Origin: Cenarchaeum sp.
GTDB taxonomy: Archaea; Thermoproteota; Nitrososphaeria; Nitrososphaerales; Nitrosopumilaceae
Reading direction: 5' to 3'
NCBI GenBank assembly: GCA_963693095.2
Contig: OY843768.1
Span: forward strand, 96,001-160,000
DNA length: 64,000 bases
Made by a program: the position numbers and the translations under genes. The notes beneath the pieces were generated by a model. The model was not told where the DNA came from, did not search any database, and saw only the letters and a program-made list of their open reading frames with translations. Shown here in pieces: positions 39,461 to 49,762 of this stretch; within the stretch, counting starts at the first letter, position 1, and each line of letters begins with the position of its first letter.

Positions 39461-40191
39461 TGCGCTCCCACCAGCACTATTACTGCGGCAATCCTTGCGA
39501 GCTCGTTGGCTGCCCCTAGTGAGTCACCGCGCAGCCCACCGAGTCCCCTTTCAGAGGCGACGCCGACTAGGAGCGCGACGATGATTGCCGCAACTGCTGC
39601 CCCGATGGCCGCCACGCCCGAGACGCCGATCGATATGGCCATCGCGACTGCGACGGTGGCGGCCACTGCGCGCCAGTTCGCCGCGGCGCGCACAAACGGC
39701 TCGGCCGTGCTGCCGTGCGCTGCCCTGCGGGCCCTCATCAGGATGACCATGGCGAGCTTTGCGATCACCTCGGCTGATATTACTGCGGCCAGGATGCCCC
39801 AGGGGCCGGCCGGATATATCGCAGCAACGAGTGCCATGAGCGAGATGGCAACAGCTGCGCTGCCTGCCGTGCCTGTGGCGTGGTCCTTTAGGGCCGCGAT
39901 CCTGCGCTCGCGCGACCCGCGAACCATGAGGGCGTCGGCCAGGTCGGCTAGCCCGTCGAGGTGGTGCATTCCGGTGAGGAGCGCGAGTGCGGCGACTGCG
40001 CAGACTGCGGCGAGGAGCGGCTCCAGTCCGGCAGCCATCGCGCCGGCACCGACTGCGCCGGCGACGGCCCCCACGGCGAGTCCGGCGAGCGGGAACGCCC
40101 AGAGGGCGCCGGCCGCACCCTCGAGCGTCGTGCGCCCTCCCTGCGGGATCACCGTGAGGAGCGCAAAGACTGCGCCCACGCGCTCAAGCAT
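39457..40191 (-). CDS. cobS: Cobalamin synthase
   Basis: TGMHHLDGLADLADAL, ALKD..TG, GGLRGDSLGA. Confidence 0.92.
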   Translation of the reverse strand: MLERVGAVFALLTVIPQGGRTTLEGAAGALWAFPLAGLAVGAVAGAVGAGAMAAGLEPLLAAVCAVAALALLTGMHHLDGLADLADALMVRGSRERRIAALKDHATGTAGSAAVAISLMALVAAIYPAGPWGILAAVISAEVIAKLAMVILMRARRAAHGSTAEPFVRAAANWRAVAATVAVAMAISIGVSGVAAIGAAVAAIIVALLVGVASERGLGGLRGDSLGAANELARIAAVIVLVGAQ

Positions 40192-41152
40192 GGGACCACC
40201 ACACCGGCGCGCCGGCGGCCACCAGCGCGAGGGAGACTGCGCCAATGGCGGCGACCAGGATCACCGAGCCGACGAGCATGACCCTCCTTGCAGCATCAAC
40301 GTCGCGCATAGTCGGCTCTGCGCCGCCCTCGCATATGACATAGTGGCCAACCTTTTCGAGGCGCACGCCGAGCGCGCCGGCCATCGCCGACATTGGGTAT
40401 CCCGCATTGGGGCTTGCGGTGACCGCATGGTCGCGCCGGACGCATGCGAGCGCACCGCGCCAGTCCAGGCCCATGATCATTGCGGCTGCGACGATGAGCC
40501 CCGCTGTCATCCTTGCGGGAACATAGCCGAGCACGGTGTCACATGTCGCGCCAAACCACCCAACCCTCTCGAGCTCGCGCGTCCTATAGCCGGCCATCGC
40601 GTCGATCGTGTTGATCGCGCGATAGACGAGCGCGCCGGGAGCGCCGGCGAGGGCAAAGTATGCCAGGGGCGCGATGACGCCGTCTGACATGTTCTCGGCG
40701 ATAGTCTCGACTAGTCCGGAGAGTATGTGCGCGCGCCCGAGGCTGCGCGTGTCGCGCTTTACGACCATTGCGAGCCTGTGCCTTGCGGCCGTCAGGTCAT
40801 CCTCGCCGAGGCGCGAGGTCACGGCCTCCACATGCTGTGACATTGAGCGGATCGATATTGCAGCAAAGAGCAGGAGCGCGCCGGCCATGGCCCACACGAT
40901 GCCGCCCCACGCGCCGAGCGCGCCGATTGCCGCATGCAGTACGGCTAGCGGAACGATGACTGCGCCGCACACGCCGAGGACGACGGCGACGCCGGCGGCA
41001 CGCTCGTGCGCACTAGCGCGCGCCGCAACGACGAGGCGCGCAGTGAGCCGGCCCATCCAGACTGTCGGGTGCAGGCGGCGCGGCGGCTCGCCGAGTCCAA
41101 TGTCCATGGCGAGCGCAATGGCCGCGGCCAGCGCTACTGCGATCAGCGGCAT
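40184..41152 (-). CDS. cbiB: Adenosylcobinamide-phosphate synthase
   Basis: GEPP..LHPTVWMG, ETIAEN.SDG, YRAINTIDAM.GY, SPNAG. Confidence 0.92.
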   Translation of the reverse strand: MPLIAVALAAAIALAMDIGLGEPPRRLHPTVWMGRLTARLVVAARASAHERAAGVAVVLGVCGAVIVPLAVLHAAIGALGAWGGIVWAMAGALLLFAAISIRSMSQHVEAVTSRLGEDDLTAARHRLAMVVKRDTRSLGRAHILSGLVETIAENMSDGVIAPLAYFALAGAPGALVYRAINTIDAMAGYRTRELERVGWFGATCDTVLGYVPARMTAGLIVAAAMIMGLDWRGALACVRRDHAVTASPNAGYPMSAMAGALGVRLEKVGHYVICEGGAEPTMRDVDAARRVMLVGSVILVAAIGAVSLALVAAGAPVWWSHA

Positions 41153-41973
41153 GCGTCCACCAGCGCGCCGACGTCGATGCGCTCCTCAAGGGCGCGCGCG
41201 AGGCGCGAGCACGCGCGACTGATCGTGTCCCTGCGCGGCATCGTCGCGCTCGCCGCGCGCGCGCCAAGCGAGTCCTCCTCGGGAAGGCCGACTTTGAGCA
41301 TGGGAATCGTGCCAAGAACGGGCTTTTTTGTGATTCGGCTCAGCGTGGGGTAGCCGCGCGCAAGTATCCTCTCATCGCCGCGAAACTTGTTGATGATGAC
41401 GCCGCGCACGAGGCGCCTGTGGCGCGCCTCTAGGAGCGCGATCGTGCCTACGATCGAGGCAAAGGCGCCCCCGCGCTCAATGTCGGCGACGAGTATGACC
41501 TGGGCCCGCGCGGCCTCGGCGATGGCCATGTTGGCAATGTCGCCATCACCAATGTTGATCTCGGCCGGCGAGCCGGCGCCCTCGATGACTACAATGTCGT
41601 GCGCGGCCTCTAGGCGGCCCAGTGCGGTCAGGGCGACGCGCAGGCCCCGGCGCCTGGCAAACGCATAGTACTCGCGCGCTCGCATGCGCGCCTTTAGCGT
41701 GCCGTTGACATGGACGTCTGAAGAGTCATCGCCGACGGGCCGCAAGAGTATGGGATTGAGGTCGACTCTGGCCTCGCACCTGGCGGCGATCGCCTGGACC
41801 GCCTGCGCGCGCGATATGCGCCCTCCCCGAACGGCGTGTGAAAAGCGTGACATGTTCTGTGCCTTGAACGGCGCCACGCTGTGCCCGCGATCCGAGAGTG
41901 CGCGGCAGAGCGCGGCAACTAGCGTTGTCTTGCCCGCGCCCGATGACGTCCCCTGGACCATTATTGCCCTCAT
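41143..41973 (-). CDS. cobQ: Cobyric acid synthase, synthetase domain only
   Basis: QGTSSGAGKT, PFKAQNMS, NPILL, EGAGSPAE, DIERGG, INKFRGD; no glutaminase domain. Confidence 0.88.
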   Translation of the reverse strand: MRAIMVQGTSSGAGKTTLVAALCRALSDRGHSVAPFKAQNMSRFSHAVRGGRISRAQAVQAIAARCEARVDLNPILLRPVGDDSSDVHVNGTLKARMRAREYYAFARRRGLRVALTALGRLEAAHDIVVIEGAGSPAEINIGDGDIANMAIAEAARAQVILVADIERGGAFASIVGTIALLEARHRRLVRGVIINKFRGDERILARGYPTLSRITKKPVLGTIPMLKVGLPEEDSLGARAASATMPRRDTISRACSRLARALEERIDVGALVDACR

Positions 41974-43061
41974 ATCGACTCGATCGCCCTCATAAAGTGC
42001 ATGTTCTCCTGGTGCGTGCTCACCGATATGCGAATGTGGTCATCACCGAGGCCGCCAAAGGACGCACAGTCGCGCACCAGCATGCCCTTCTCCAAAAGCC
42101 TGTCGCGAACCTCGCGTGACGTGTGCCCGCTCACCCTTACCAGGAAAAAGTTTGCCGCGTGATGGCGCGTGCACTCAAACCCGTCGATCATGTCTATCTC
42201 CCTGCGCAGGTAACGCGACTCTTTTTGGCATATTGCGCGCAGCTTTGTGATGTGTGCGGCCTTTGACCTTGACACAAGCAGCGGCGTTGCGGCCCTGGCG
42301 ACTTCCTGGGCGATGCCAGAGACGGTCCACGGAATCCTGGCCTCGCGAAGTGCCGATGCCATGTGCGCGTTGCCGATGCCATACCCGACGCGCACGCCGG
42401 GAACGCCAAACGTCTTTGTGTACGAGTGGACCACATAGAGATTGTCACAGTCGGCCACGTCCCCGATGACAGACGCCTTGCGCGACGGGAACTCTATGAA
42501 CGCCTCATCCACTAGTACCTGCGCGCCGACCTTTGATGCGGAGCCGACGATCTCGAGGATCTCCCTGCGCTCTAGGAGCTCGCCAGTTGGGTTGTTTGGG
42601 TTGCACACATAGACGCACCCGCCGTGCGGAATCTTTGAGACCAGTCCGCCAATGTCCTCGCCGAGCTCCATCGTGGCAAACTCCTCTACGCGCGCGCCGC
42701 ACAGCCTTGCCGCTGAGGCATACTCGGAGAATGTCGGGGACTGCATGAGCACGCCCATATGCGGCGTGACTAGCGCCCTGGTCCAGTCATGGATGAGCTC
42801 GGATGCGCCGCAGCCGAGGACGACCTGCGCGTCATCGACCTCCCTGGCGCCTGCGATGAGTGAGCGCAGGGCAGCATAGTCGGGGTCCGGATATGAGAGC
42901 GACGCGTCGACCCCGCGCTCGATGGCCGTGATGACCGGCCCGGGCGGCCCGAGGGGGCCGACGCTGGAGCTAAAGTCCATGACGCTGCGCGCGATCCCCC
43001 CGCGCACCGAGTGCGGCCCGCCGTGCTCGGCCCGCGTGTGCGTGAGAACCTCCCTTCGCAT
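41970..43061 (-). CDS. cobD: Threonine-phosphate decarboxylase (HisC-like PLP enzyme)
   Basis: HGG, DFSSSV, YPD, CNPNNPTG, VDEAF, SYTK..G.PGVR.GY; cobalamin context. Confidence 0.82.
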   Translation of the reverse strand: MRREVLTHTRAEHGGPHSVRGGIARSVMDFSSSVGPLGPPGPVITAIERGVDASLSYPDPDYAALRSLIAGAREVDDAQVVLGCGASELIHDWTRALVTPHMGVLMQSPTFSEYASAARLCGARVEEFATMELGEDIGGLVSKIPHGGCVYVCNPNNPTGELLERREILEIVGSASKVGAQVLVDEAFIEFPSRKASVIGDVADCDNLYVVHSYTKTFGVPGVRVGYGIGNAHMASALREARIPWTVSGIAQEVARAATPLLVSRSKAAHITKLRAICQKESRYLRREIDMIDGFECTRHHAANFFLVRVSGHTSREVRDRLLEKGMLVRDCASFGGLGDDHIRISVSTHQENMHFMRAIESI

Positions 43062-43182
43062 AGTCACCGGCCGCGCGCGAGCCCTCCCCGTGTTTAGACT
43101 TTTGTGCCTGCGCGCGGCCCCCCACGCCACGCCGCCTGGCCTGAATAACGGTTATTAACGCGCCCGGGTTCACTGGCGCAAC

Positions 43183-44262
43183 ATGAAAAAGCGGGTCGCC
43201 ATAGTCGGCGTCACGGGAATCGTGGGCCAAGAGTTCGTCCACGCGCTAGACGAGCACCCGTGGTTTGCCGTCACGCAGATCGCAGCATCTGAGCGCAACG
43301 CGGGCAAGACGTATGCCGAGGCAGTCTCGGATGACCCAAGCGGCATCGTCGCCTGGGACGGGAGCGGCAAGATACCGGGGTATATCGCCGACATGAAGAT
43401 ACGCTCAATCGACGAGCTTGACCCGTCAGAGCTCGAGCTAGTATTTTCTGCAGTCGAGTCACAGGCCGCGCGCGACATAGAGACGCGACTCGCCGCTGAC
43501 GTTCCGGTGATCAGCACGAGCTCGGCGTACAGGTACGAGACTGACGTGCCCATACTCATACCGGGAATAAATGATGACCATGCCGAGCTCCTAGACGTGC
43601 AGAGCAAGAACCGCGGATGGAAGGGCTGGGTCGCCCCGTTGCCAAACTGCACGACTACGGGACTAGTCATCACGCTAAAGCCGCTTCGCGACTCGCATGG
43701 GGCAAACAAGGTGGTGATGACATCGATGCAGGCGCTCTCTGGCGCGGGTCGCTCGCCCGGCGTGAGCGCGATGAACATTACGGACAATATCGTGCCCTAT
43801 ATCCCAAAGGAAGAGGGCAAGGTTCGCATAGAGACGCGCAAGATACTCGGCACGCTAAAGGGTGACAGGATTGAAGAGGCAGACATTCGAGTCAGCTGCA
43901 CATGCACGCGCGTTCCGGTCATAGACGGGCACACCGAGTCGGTTCTCGTGGGAACCGAGCGCGAAATTGACGCAGAGTCAGCAAAGATGGCATATGACAA
44001 GTATGGCAAGGAGATATCGACTGTTGGCCTGCCGTCAGCGCCAGATGACTATTTTGCGGTCCATGATGACCCGATGCGCCCGCAGCCGCGCATAGAGCGC
44101 GACGTCGGTGACGGGATGACTACCACGATCGGGAGGCTAGAGGCAGATGACATGCTCGGCCACGGGATAAAGTACGTCCTCTTCTCGCACAACAAAAAGA
44201 TGGGCTCGGCCAAGGGGGCGGTCCTGCTCGCCGAGATGCTCCATAAAAAGGGCAAAATCTAG
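43183..44262 (+). CDS. asd: Aspartate-semialdehyde dehydrogenase
   Basis: GVTGIVGQ, PNCTT, QALSGAG, CTRVPVIDGH. Confidence 0.94.
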   Translation: MKKRVAIVGVTGIVGQEFVHALDEHPWFAVTQIAASERNAGKTYAEAVSDDPSGIVAWDGSGKIPGYIADMKIRSIDELDPSELELVFSAVESQAARDIETRLAADVPVISTSSAYRYETDVPILIPGINDDHAELLDVQSKNRGWKGWVAPLPNCTTTGLVITLKPLRDSHGANKVVMTSMQALSGAGRSPGVSAMNITDNIVPYIPKEEGKVRIETRKILGTLKGDRIEEADIRVSCTCTRVPVIDGHTESVLVGTEREIDAESAKMAYDKYGKEISTVGLPSAPDDYFAVHDDPMRPQPRIERDVGDGMTTTIGRLEADDMLGHGIKYVLFSHNKKMGSAKGAVLLAEMLHKKGKI

Positions 44263-44309
44263 CGCACAATTGGGAATATTCCAAGAATAGACTTTTAAGC
44301 TCTCAAAAA

Positions 44310-44795
44310 GTGGACGCGCCGGTGTCATCGCAGGAAGGCGCAGACGATCTCGACATGAGCATACTGGCGGGTCTTGCCGCCGATGCGTCAGTCTCGGTTC
44401 CCACGCTTGCGCGCGACATTGGCACAAACCCGTCAGTCGTGTACTCTCGCATACGGCGCCTCGTAAAGAACGGCCTCATCGAGCGATACACCATAGTCAT
44501 CAACGAGCGCAACCTCGGCTATACGGTAAAGGCCCTAGTCGGCATCAACATGGACAGCCGCGAGCGCGATGCGATAATCGGCTCGCTTTTGGCGACAAAC
44601 GGCGTCGGGCGCGTCGCCGAGGTCACCGGCAGGTTTGACATACTCGTGACCGTGTATGCGAGGACGCTTGATGACATGCACGAGATTGTGTCCGAGCGCA
44701 TCGGCAAGATTGACGGAATTGTGTCTTCAGAGTCGTTCCTCGAGATGAAGTCAGTCTCCAAGGACATGCCGCACGTGACGGCGGGGGCTGCCTGA
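44310..44795 (+). CDS. Lrp/AsnC family regulator
   Basis: HTH VYSRIRRL..GLI plus EVTGRFDI RAM domain. Confidence 0.88.
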   Translation: MDAPVSSQEGADDLDMSILAGLAADASVSVPTLARDIGTNPSVVYSRIRRLVKNGLIERYTIVINERNLGYTVKALVGINMDSRERDAIIGSLLATNGVGRVAEVTGRFDILVTVYARTLDDMHEIVSERIGKIDGIVSSESFLEMKSVSKDMPHVTAGAA

Positions 44796-44796
44796 G

Positions 44797-45723
44797 TTGC
44801 AGAGGCAGGGTTCGGCCTCGCGCGTGGCCGTGTATTACGAGCTCACAAAGCCAAAGATATGGTACCTACTTGCGTTCACCGCCTTTGGCGCGACGATAAC
44901 TGCGTCCAACGTGTACGGTGTTGACGTGTCAGGCGTGACGTGGGCGCTCGTGCTCGGCAGCGTGATTGCAGGCTCTGCTGCTGCCAACACGCTGACAAAC
45001 TATCACGACAGGGACATTGACGCGATAATGGAGCGCACGCGCGACCGGCCAATCCCGTCAGGTCGCATAACGCCCGAGAATGCGCGCAACTTTGGCCTCG
45101 TCCTAGCCGTAATGTCAGTTGCCATGGCATTTGGAATATCGGCGACTACGACACTCGAGCAGGGCACGTGGGCCGCTGCGTTCATTGCATTCGGATTGCT
45201 CAACAATATTCTCGTGTACTCTTATGGGCTAAAGCGCCGCAGCTGGACCAACATTATCCTGGGGGGCATATGCGGTGGCTCACCACCCATGGTCGGCTGG
45301 GTTGCAGTAACAATGTCAGATCTCTGGACGATGGGCCTTGTCATGGCCGGCCTTGTCTTTATCTGGATACCGCTGCACATTTGGAGCCTGACGCTGCACT
45401 TTAAATCCGACTATAATGCAGTCGACGTGCCGATGCTCACTGCGGTGAAATCCGAGGGTGCGTCTGCGCGGATTATTGCGGCCTCGACGGTGATTATGGT
45501 GGCCTTTAGCGTCGTGCCGTTCTTTTTGGAGCTAGAGGGCGGCGAGCCGATGACCGGCCCCGTCTATCTCTGGACCGCGATTGCGTCTGGCGCACTCATG
45601 GTGGCACTCTCGGCGTGGGTCGTGGCGCGGCCGTCGGAGAGCTCGTCGTGGGTTCTCTTCAAGTTCTCTAGTCCGTACCTGGCAGTCCTGTTCATCGCCC
45701 TCATGGTGGATTCGGCGCTGTAG
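44797..45723 (+). CDS. cyoE: Heme o synthase (protoheme IX farnesyltransferase)
   Basis: LTKPKI, DRDIDAIMERTRDRPIPSG, LKRR, WIPLH.W. Confidence 0.93.
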   Translation: MQRQGSASRVAVYYELTKPKIWYLLAFTAFGATITASNVYGVDVSGVTWALVLGSVIAGSAAANTLTNYHDRDIDAIMERTRDRPIPSGRITPENARNFGLVLAVMSVAMAFGISATTTLEQGTWAAAFIAFGLLNNILVYSYGLKRRSWTNIILGGICGGSPPMVGWVAVTMSDLWTMGLVMAGLVFIWIPLHIWSLTLHFKSDYNAVDVPMLTAVKSEGASARIIAASTVIMVAFSVVPFFLELEGGEPMTGPVYLWTAIASGALMVALSAWVVARPSESSSWVLFKFSSPYLAVLFIALMVDSAL

Positions 45724-45819
45724 GGACTAGAGTCTGCAGTCACAAGACTGGCTATCGTGCATGCGACAACTCTAGTTTCGGTCTTGAAACGCGTCTAGTC
45801 CGGTCTCGCTGGGAGCCTA

Positions 45820-46919
45820 TACTGCCGATCAAAAGTCCGTGCCGCATTCCAGCGACGTCCGGCCCAGGTATGCCATCACGTCGAGCCGGTACCTCGTGTG
45901 CCTGAAGTGCCGTGACACCGCCGTCCGCATATCCACCATGGTGGGGTAGTGCTCGGAGACCAGCAGCGCCCGCTTTGCCTGCCGCCACACCTCCTCGATC
46001 GCGTTGAGGTACGGCGAGCCGGTGGGCAGCTCGATCAGCCTCACCGCCCTGTGGGCGCGAAGATAGTCCTTCACCGCCGCGGCCCTGTGCTGCGGCGCCC
46101 TGTCGACGATCACGGCGACCCTGCCGAACTTCCTGTGCATGTCGCGCAGGAACGCGACAAACGTCTCCGCATCGAACCTGTCGTGCACCCGGAAGATCTG
46201 CTTCCCGTCAGTGGAGATCGCGCCGTACACCACGACCCTCCTGTGTCCCCCGGTGTACGGGGCGACGACGGGGACGCCCACGCGCGACCAGTACTTTGAT
46301 CCGTCGGCTGCGCCGTGCACGGCGATGGTCTCGTCCTGCACCACGATGGTGAATCCCGCGCGCCTGAGGCGCCTTATCTCGCGCCGCACCCGGCGCCGCC
46401 AGCCGGCGACAGTCGGCCCGTCGGCCCTGTTCACGTGCACCAGGCGCGTCCGCTTGGCGGAGAGGCCGGCCCTGCGCATTATTTTCCTGACGTGCGACAT
46501 GTGGAACCTCACGCCGGTGGCCCGCTCGATCTCCAGCATGACCTCTGCGGGCGTGACGCGCCCGGGCATTCGGCCAATCAGGCGGCCAAGCTTCTGCCGC
46601 GCGACCAGCGGCGGCCTGCCGGGGCGGGGGCGGTCCCGCAGGGCCTCGACACCGCCACTCCGGTAGCGCGCGACCCACTTGCCGACCCACCTGGGGCACT
46701 GCACGAGCGCAAGTGCGACCTCCTCGCGCGTCATCCCCAGGTTCTCGTGCATGTTGACCGCGGCAAACCTGTACCTGACGTCGCCGTCCCTCTCGTCGCG
46801 GAGTGCCCTGCGGAACGCTTCCAGCTCTTGGCCTTCCATGCGGGGCGTGGGGAGGGGCGATCCATATAGCATGCGGGTCGGGAAAGTTTGATCATGGCAC
46901 GAACTTTTGCTCGTCAGTA
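45820..46919 (-). mobile_element. IS630-family insertion sequence, 1100 bp, apparently intact
   Basis: TIRs TACTGCCGATCAAAAGTCCGTGCC (45820-45843) and TACTGACGAGCAAAAGTTCGTGCC (reverse complement of 46896-46919), 21/24 identical; TA at 45818-19 and 46920-21. Confidence 0.92.
45829..46872 (-). CDS. IS630 DDE transposase
   Basis: HTH W..RY..GG...L.DRPRPGRPP, VQDET, IVDRAPQH, PTGSPYLNAIEEVW; start ATG 46872 or 46839, inside the TIRs. Confidence 0.92.
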   Translation of the reverse strand: MLYGSPLPTPRMEGQELEAFRRALRDERDGDVRYRFAAVNMHENLGMTREEVALALVQCPRWVGKWVARYRSGGVEALRDRPRPGRPPLVARQKLGRLIGRMPGRVTPAEVMLEIERATGVRFHMSHVRKIMRRAGLSAKRTRLVHVNRADGPTVAGWRRRVRREIRRLRRAGFTIVVQDETIAVHGAADGSKYWSRVGVPVVAPYTGGHRRVVVYGAISTDGKQIFRVHDRFDAETFVAFLRDMHRKFGRVAVIVDRAPQHRAAAVKDYLRAHRAVRLIELPTGSPYLNAIEEVWRQAKRALLVSEHYPTMVDMRTAVSRHFRHTRYRLDVMAYLGRTSLECGTDF

Positions 46920-47050
46920 TAGCTCTTATCCTCAAACTCTTCCGGGAGCTCGGCTATGTATCATAGTCTGAGAGGGATATGCCTACGGCTGGAACGCTTA
47001 TCACGACGATCTATCCCTGATATTTCAGTAGATTGGATGTGTAATGTTTT

Positions 47051-49759
47051 TTATCGATCAGCATACTTTTTGATTATGATGTGAACATCATCTGGATCAT
47101 ACGCTACGTCCCACTCCCATTTACCAAACCTACCATCTGCATTCACTGTTTCAATCCATTCTTTCAATGCATCGTGTTTTTTTGTAGTTTGTTCATTATG
47201 TTGTCCTTTAATCTCTAAAATTAACGTGACGTTATTTTCTAGCTGGACAAGATAATCAGGATTATAATCATGAATCTCTCCTTTAAATTGATATTTCACA
47301 TTGAATCCAGATATGTAGTTTTTTACCCATGAGATGACTCTTTCATTTTTGTCTAATTCTTTGCTAGCTTGCTCTTCCCATTTATTATCGCATGGGCTAG
47401 GATTAATATGTGATTTTGTTGCGTTGACAACTTTTTTTGTAGTGTACCATGCTTGCATATCGTTAGTTGATTTTTGTTGTTTTGTGTTGCCAAAAATTAT
47501 TTTTTTATATTTTGTGTTATCAGCTCGTATGAAATCATGTATGTATATGACAATAGTTTTCATGTTGAACATGATCGCTAATTGTTTTCTTATTTTTAAC
47601 TTATCAGTTAAATTTAAAAATTTAATTTTATCTAATTCGATAAATTTCTCAACAATTTTAACAATTTGAAAAAAAAGATAGTTCTTATTTCCTGACCATT
47701 CTGGGATTGTTATATGATCATAAATATCACTTACAGTCTGGAAAATTATTGTTTGCATTCGTAATTTGTTGTAGGATTTCTGCAATGTTATCTCTGAAGC
47801 ACGACTAATGTCTAATTTTGAATCTAGCATTGGGGCTACGTGTATAGTTGTGGTGACTTTTGATCTAATCCTCAATGTTGAAACTTTTTTCCAGTTGATT
47901 TTTAAAACTGGTGTGATTATGGTTTCGATTCTAGCTATGTTTGGCCAGCTTATCTCGTGTTGAATATTGATTGGATCACACGCTATGCGTGTTTTCGTCT
48001 TTTCCTTTCGAATCTTACCTGGTGTGTTCTCATGTGGCAGAAATGAAAACGGTACTCCGAGTATATTGACATATTCTTTATCTAACAAACCAGTTTCAGG
48101 ATCTATTTCATATGATAAGCGGCGTAAACCTCTGCCTACCACTTGTTCACATAAAAGTTGACTAGTAAATGCACGTAACCCCATTATGTGAGTGACATTT
48201 TTTGCATCCCATCCTTCAGACAGCATTTGTACTGCAATAATATTCATTATTTGTTCTCCGGGTTTATCTTTTTGACCCACCGTGTTGATTATTTCACGAA
48301 TGGCATCAGTTTTAGCAGATTGTTTTTCCCCACGTTCAGATTTTAAAACACTTGTATCTATACGACACATTCTATTTTCATCTGCCAGTTCCCCAAATTT
48401 ATATATACTATTCTTAAAAAAATGTACTACTCTGGCTGATGTATGTACACTATTACACACAGTAATCATTACTGGGATTATATTTGATTTTTTCAGCTCT
48501 TTTCGTTTCATCGCCCAATCATTTCCGAGTAATATGTATGCATTACGGACTAAATCGGGTAGTGTCGTTTCGGGTTTTTTTGCGCCTTTTAGATCGCTTT
48601 TTACTTTATCATTGTCGTATATATGATAATATTTGGAACGATCTCCATACTTGAGTGATTTGCCATCATCACCTGCAGGCATACGTGGAGTTTTTACAAG
48701 GCCAGATTCTATAGCATCGTTAAGTGAAAAATCAGAAATTATCCATTTGAATAAAATATCATCGTTTGGCTTATTTTTGCTTGGAATAAACGGCGTAGCT
48801 GTAAAATCAAAGCATGTGACAATAGTTCGTGCTCTATCTAATTTATCAAGTCCTTCGATCCATAATGTGGCCATCATCTCATCCATGTTTGATTCAAAGT
48901 CTGATTGTTCTTCATAGTCATTTTTAAGTTTTCTCCAAGCATGATGTGCTTCATCATTTATCACTATTATGTTATCATAATTATGCTCCAAAATCCTTTT
49001 CGCGAATGCTTCATCGCTTTCAACTCCTCTACGAACCACACTATGAGGTTGATCTTCTGCTGGTTTCAGCGTGTGCCAATTATGAATTTTTAATTTCCCA
49101 TGTCTTAGATTTTCATACATTGAATCTGGTATTATCGAATAAAGATGGTAATAACTGTTTTCTTGATCAGGTGGCCATAGCACTTGCAGTCGTGATTTTA
49201 CAGTAAGTCCTGGAGCAACAACCACAATGTGTTTTGAAAATCTTTTATCTTGTGGGTATGACACTTTGTTTAATATTTGCCATGCGATTACCATTGCCAT
49301 TACTACTGTTTTCCCTGTCCCCGTTGCCATTTTTGAACACAATCTTTTGAACAGTCCACCATCAGTGCCTAGCCCGAGTTCCTTTTTTTCTGATTCGGGA
49401 GACTCTATCATCCAAATTATTGTTTCTATAGCTTCTAATTGACAAAAGAAAAAACGATGTGCTTGACGCATAGATGGATCGTTCCAAAACTCTAGGAGTT
49501 GCCTTGTTATTCCTGTGACCCCGGGATAACCTTTGTCTCTCCATCGATCTACTCGCTCTCTTATGATATTTACAGATTGTATAGGATAAAATGCGCCAGG
49601 ATCATCAATAGAATTGTTTTCTGGAGATGCAATTATGTATCCTGCTGGCCTCCTTTTTCCAACAATGCGTTCGGGCTTGCGTGTCTCGAGATTAAACTTC
49701 CAGTACTCTTTAGGTTTTTCATACGGGTTGCATATTATCAATTGATCGATTTCGTCCAA
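47051..49759 (-). CDS. res: Type III restriction enzyme Res subunit
   Basis: MATGTGKT, INDEAHH, LSEGWD, EQVVGRGLR, PDYLV...LEIKG nuclease motif; AT-rich. Confidence 0.9.
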   Translation of the reverse strand: MDEIDQLIICNPYEKPKEYWKFNLETRKPERIVGKRRPAGYIIASPENNSIDDPGAFYPIQSVNIIRERVDRWRDKGYPGVTGITRQLLEFWNDPSMRQAHRFFFCQLEAIETIIWMIESPESEKKELGLGTDGGLFKRLCSKMATGTGKTVVMAMVIAWQILNKVSYPQDKRFSKHIVVVAPGLTVKSRLQVLWPPDQENSYYHLYSIIPDSMYENLRHGKLKIHNWHTLKPAEDQPHSVVRRGVESDEAFAKRILEHNYDNIIVINDEAHHAWRKLKNDYEEQSDFESNMDEMMATLWIEGLDKLDRARTIVTCFDFTATPFIPSKNKPNDDILFKWIISDFSLNDAIESGLVKTPRMPAGDDGKSLKYGDRSKYYHIYDNDKVKSDLKGAKKPETTLPDLVRNAYILLGNDWAMKRKELKKSNIIPVMITVCNSVHTSARVVHFFKNSIYKFGELADENRMCRIDTSVLKSERGEKQSAKTDAIREIINTVGQKDKPGEQIMNIIAVQMLSEGWDAKNVTHIMGLRAFTSQLLCEQVVGRGLRRLSYEIDPETGLLDKEYVNILGVPFSFLPHENTPGKIRKEKTKTRIACDPINIQHEISWPNIARIETIITPVLKINWKKVSTLRIRSKVTTTIHVAPMLDSKLDISRASEITLQKSYNKLRMQTIIFQTVSDIYDHITIPEWSGNKNYLFFQIVKIVEKFIELDKIKFLNLTDKLKIRKQLAIMFNMKTIVIYIHDFIRADNTKYKKIIFGNTKQQKSTNDMQAWYTTKKVVNATKSHINPSPCDNKWEEQASKELDKNERVISWVKNYISGFNVKYQFKGEIHDYNPDYLVQLENNVTLILEIKGQHNEQTTKKHDALKEWIETVNADGRFGKWEWDVAYDPDDVHIIIKKYADR

Positions 49760-49762
49760 ATC

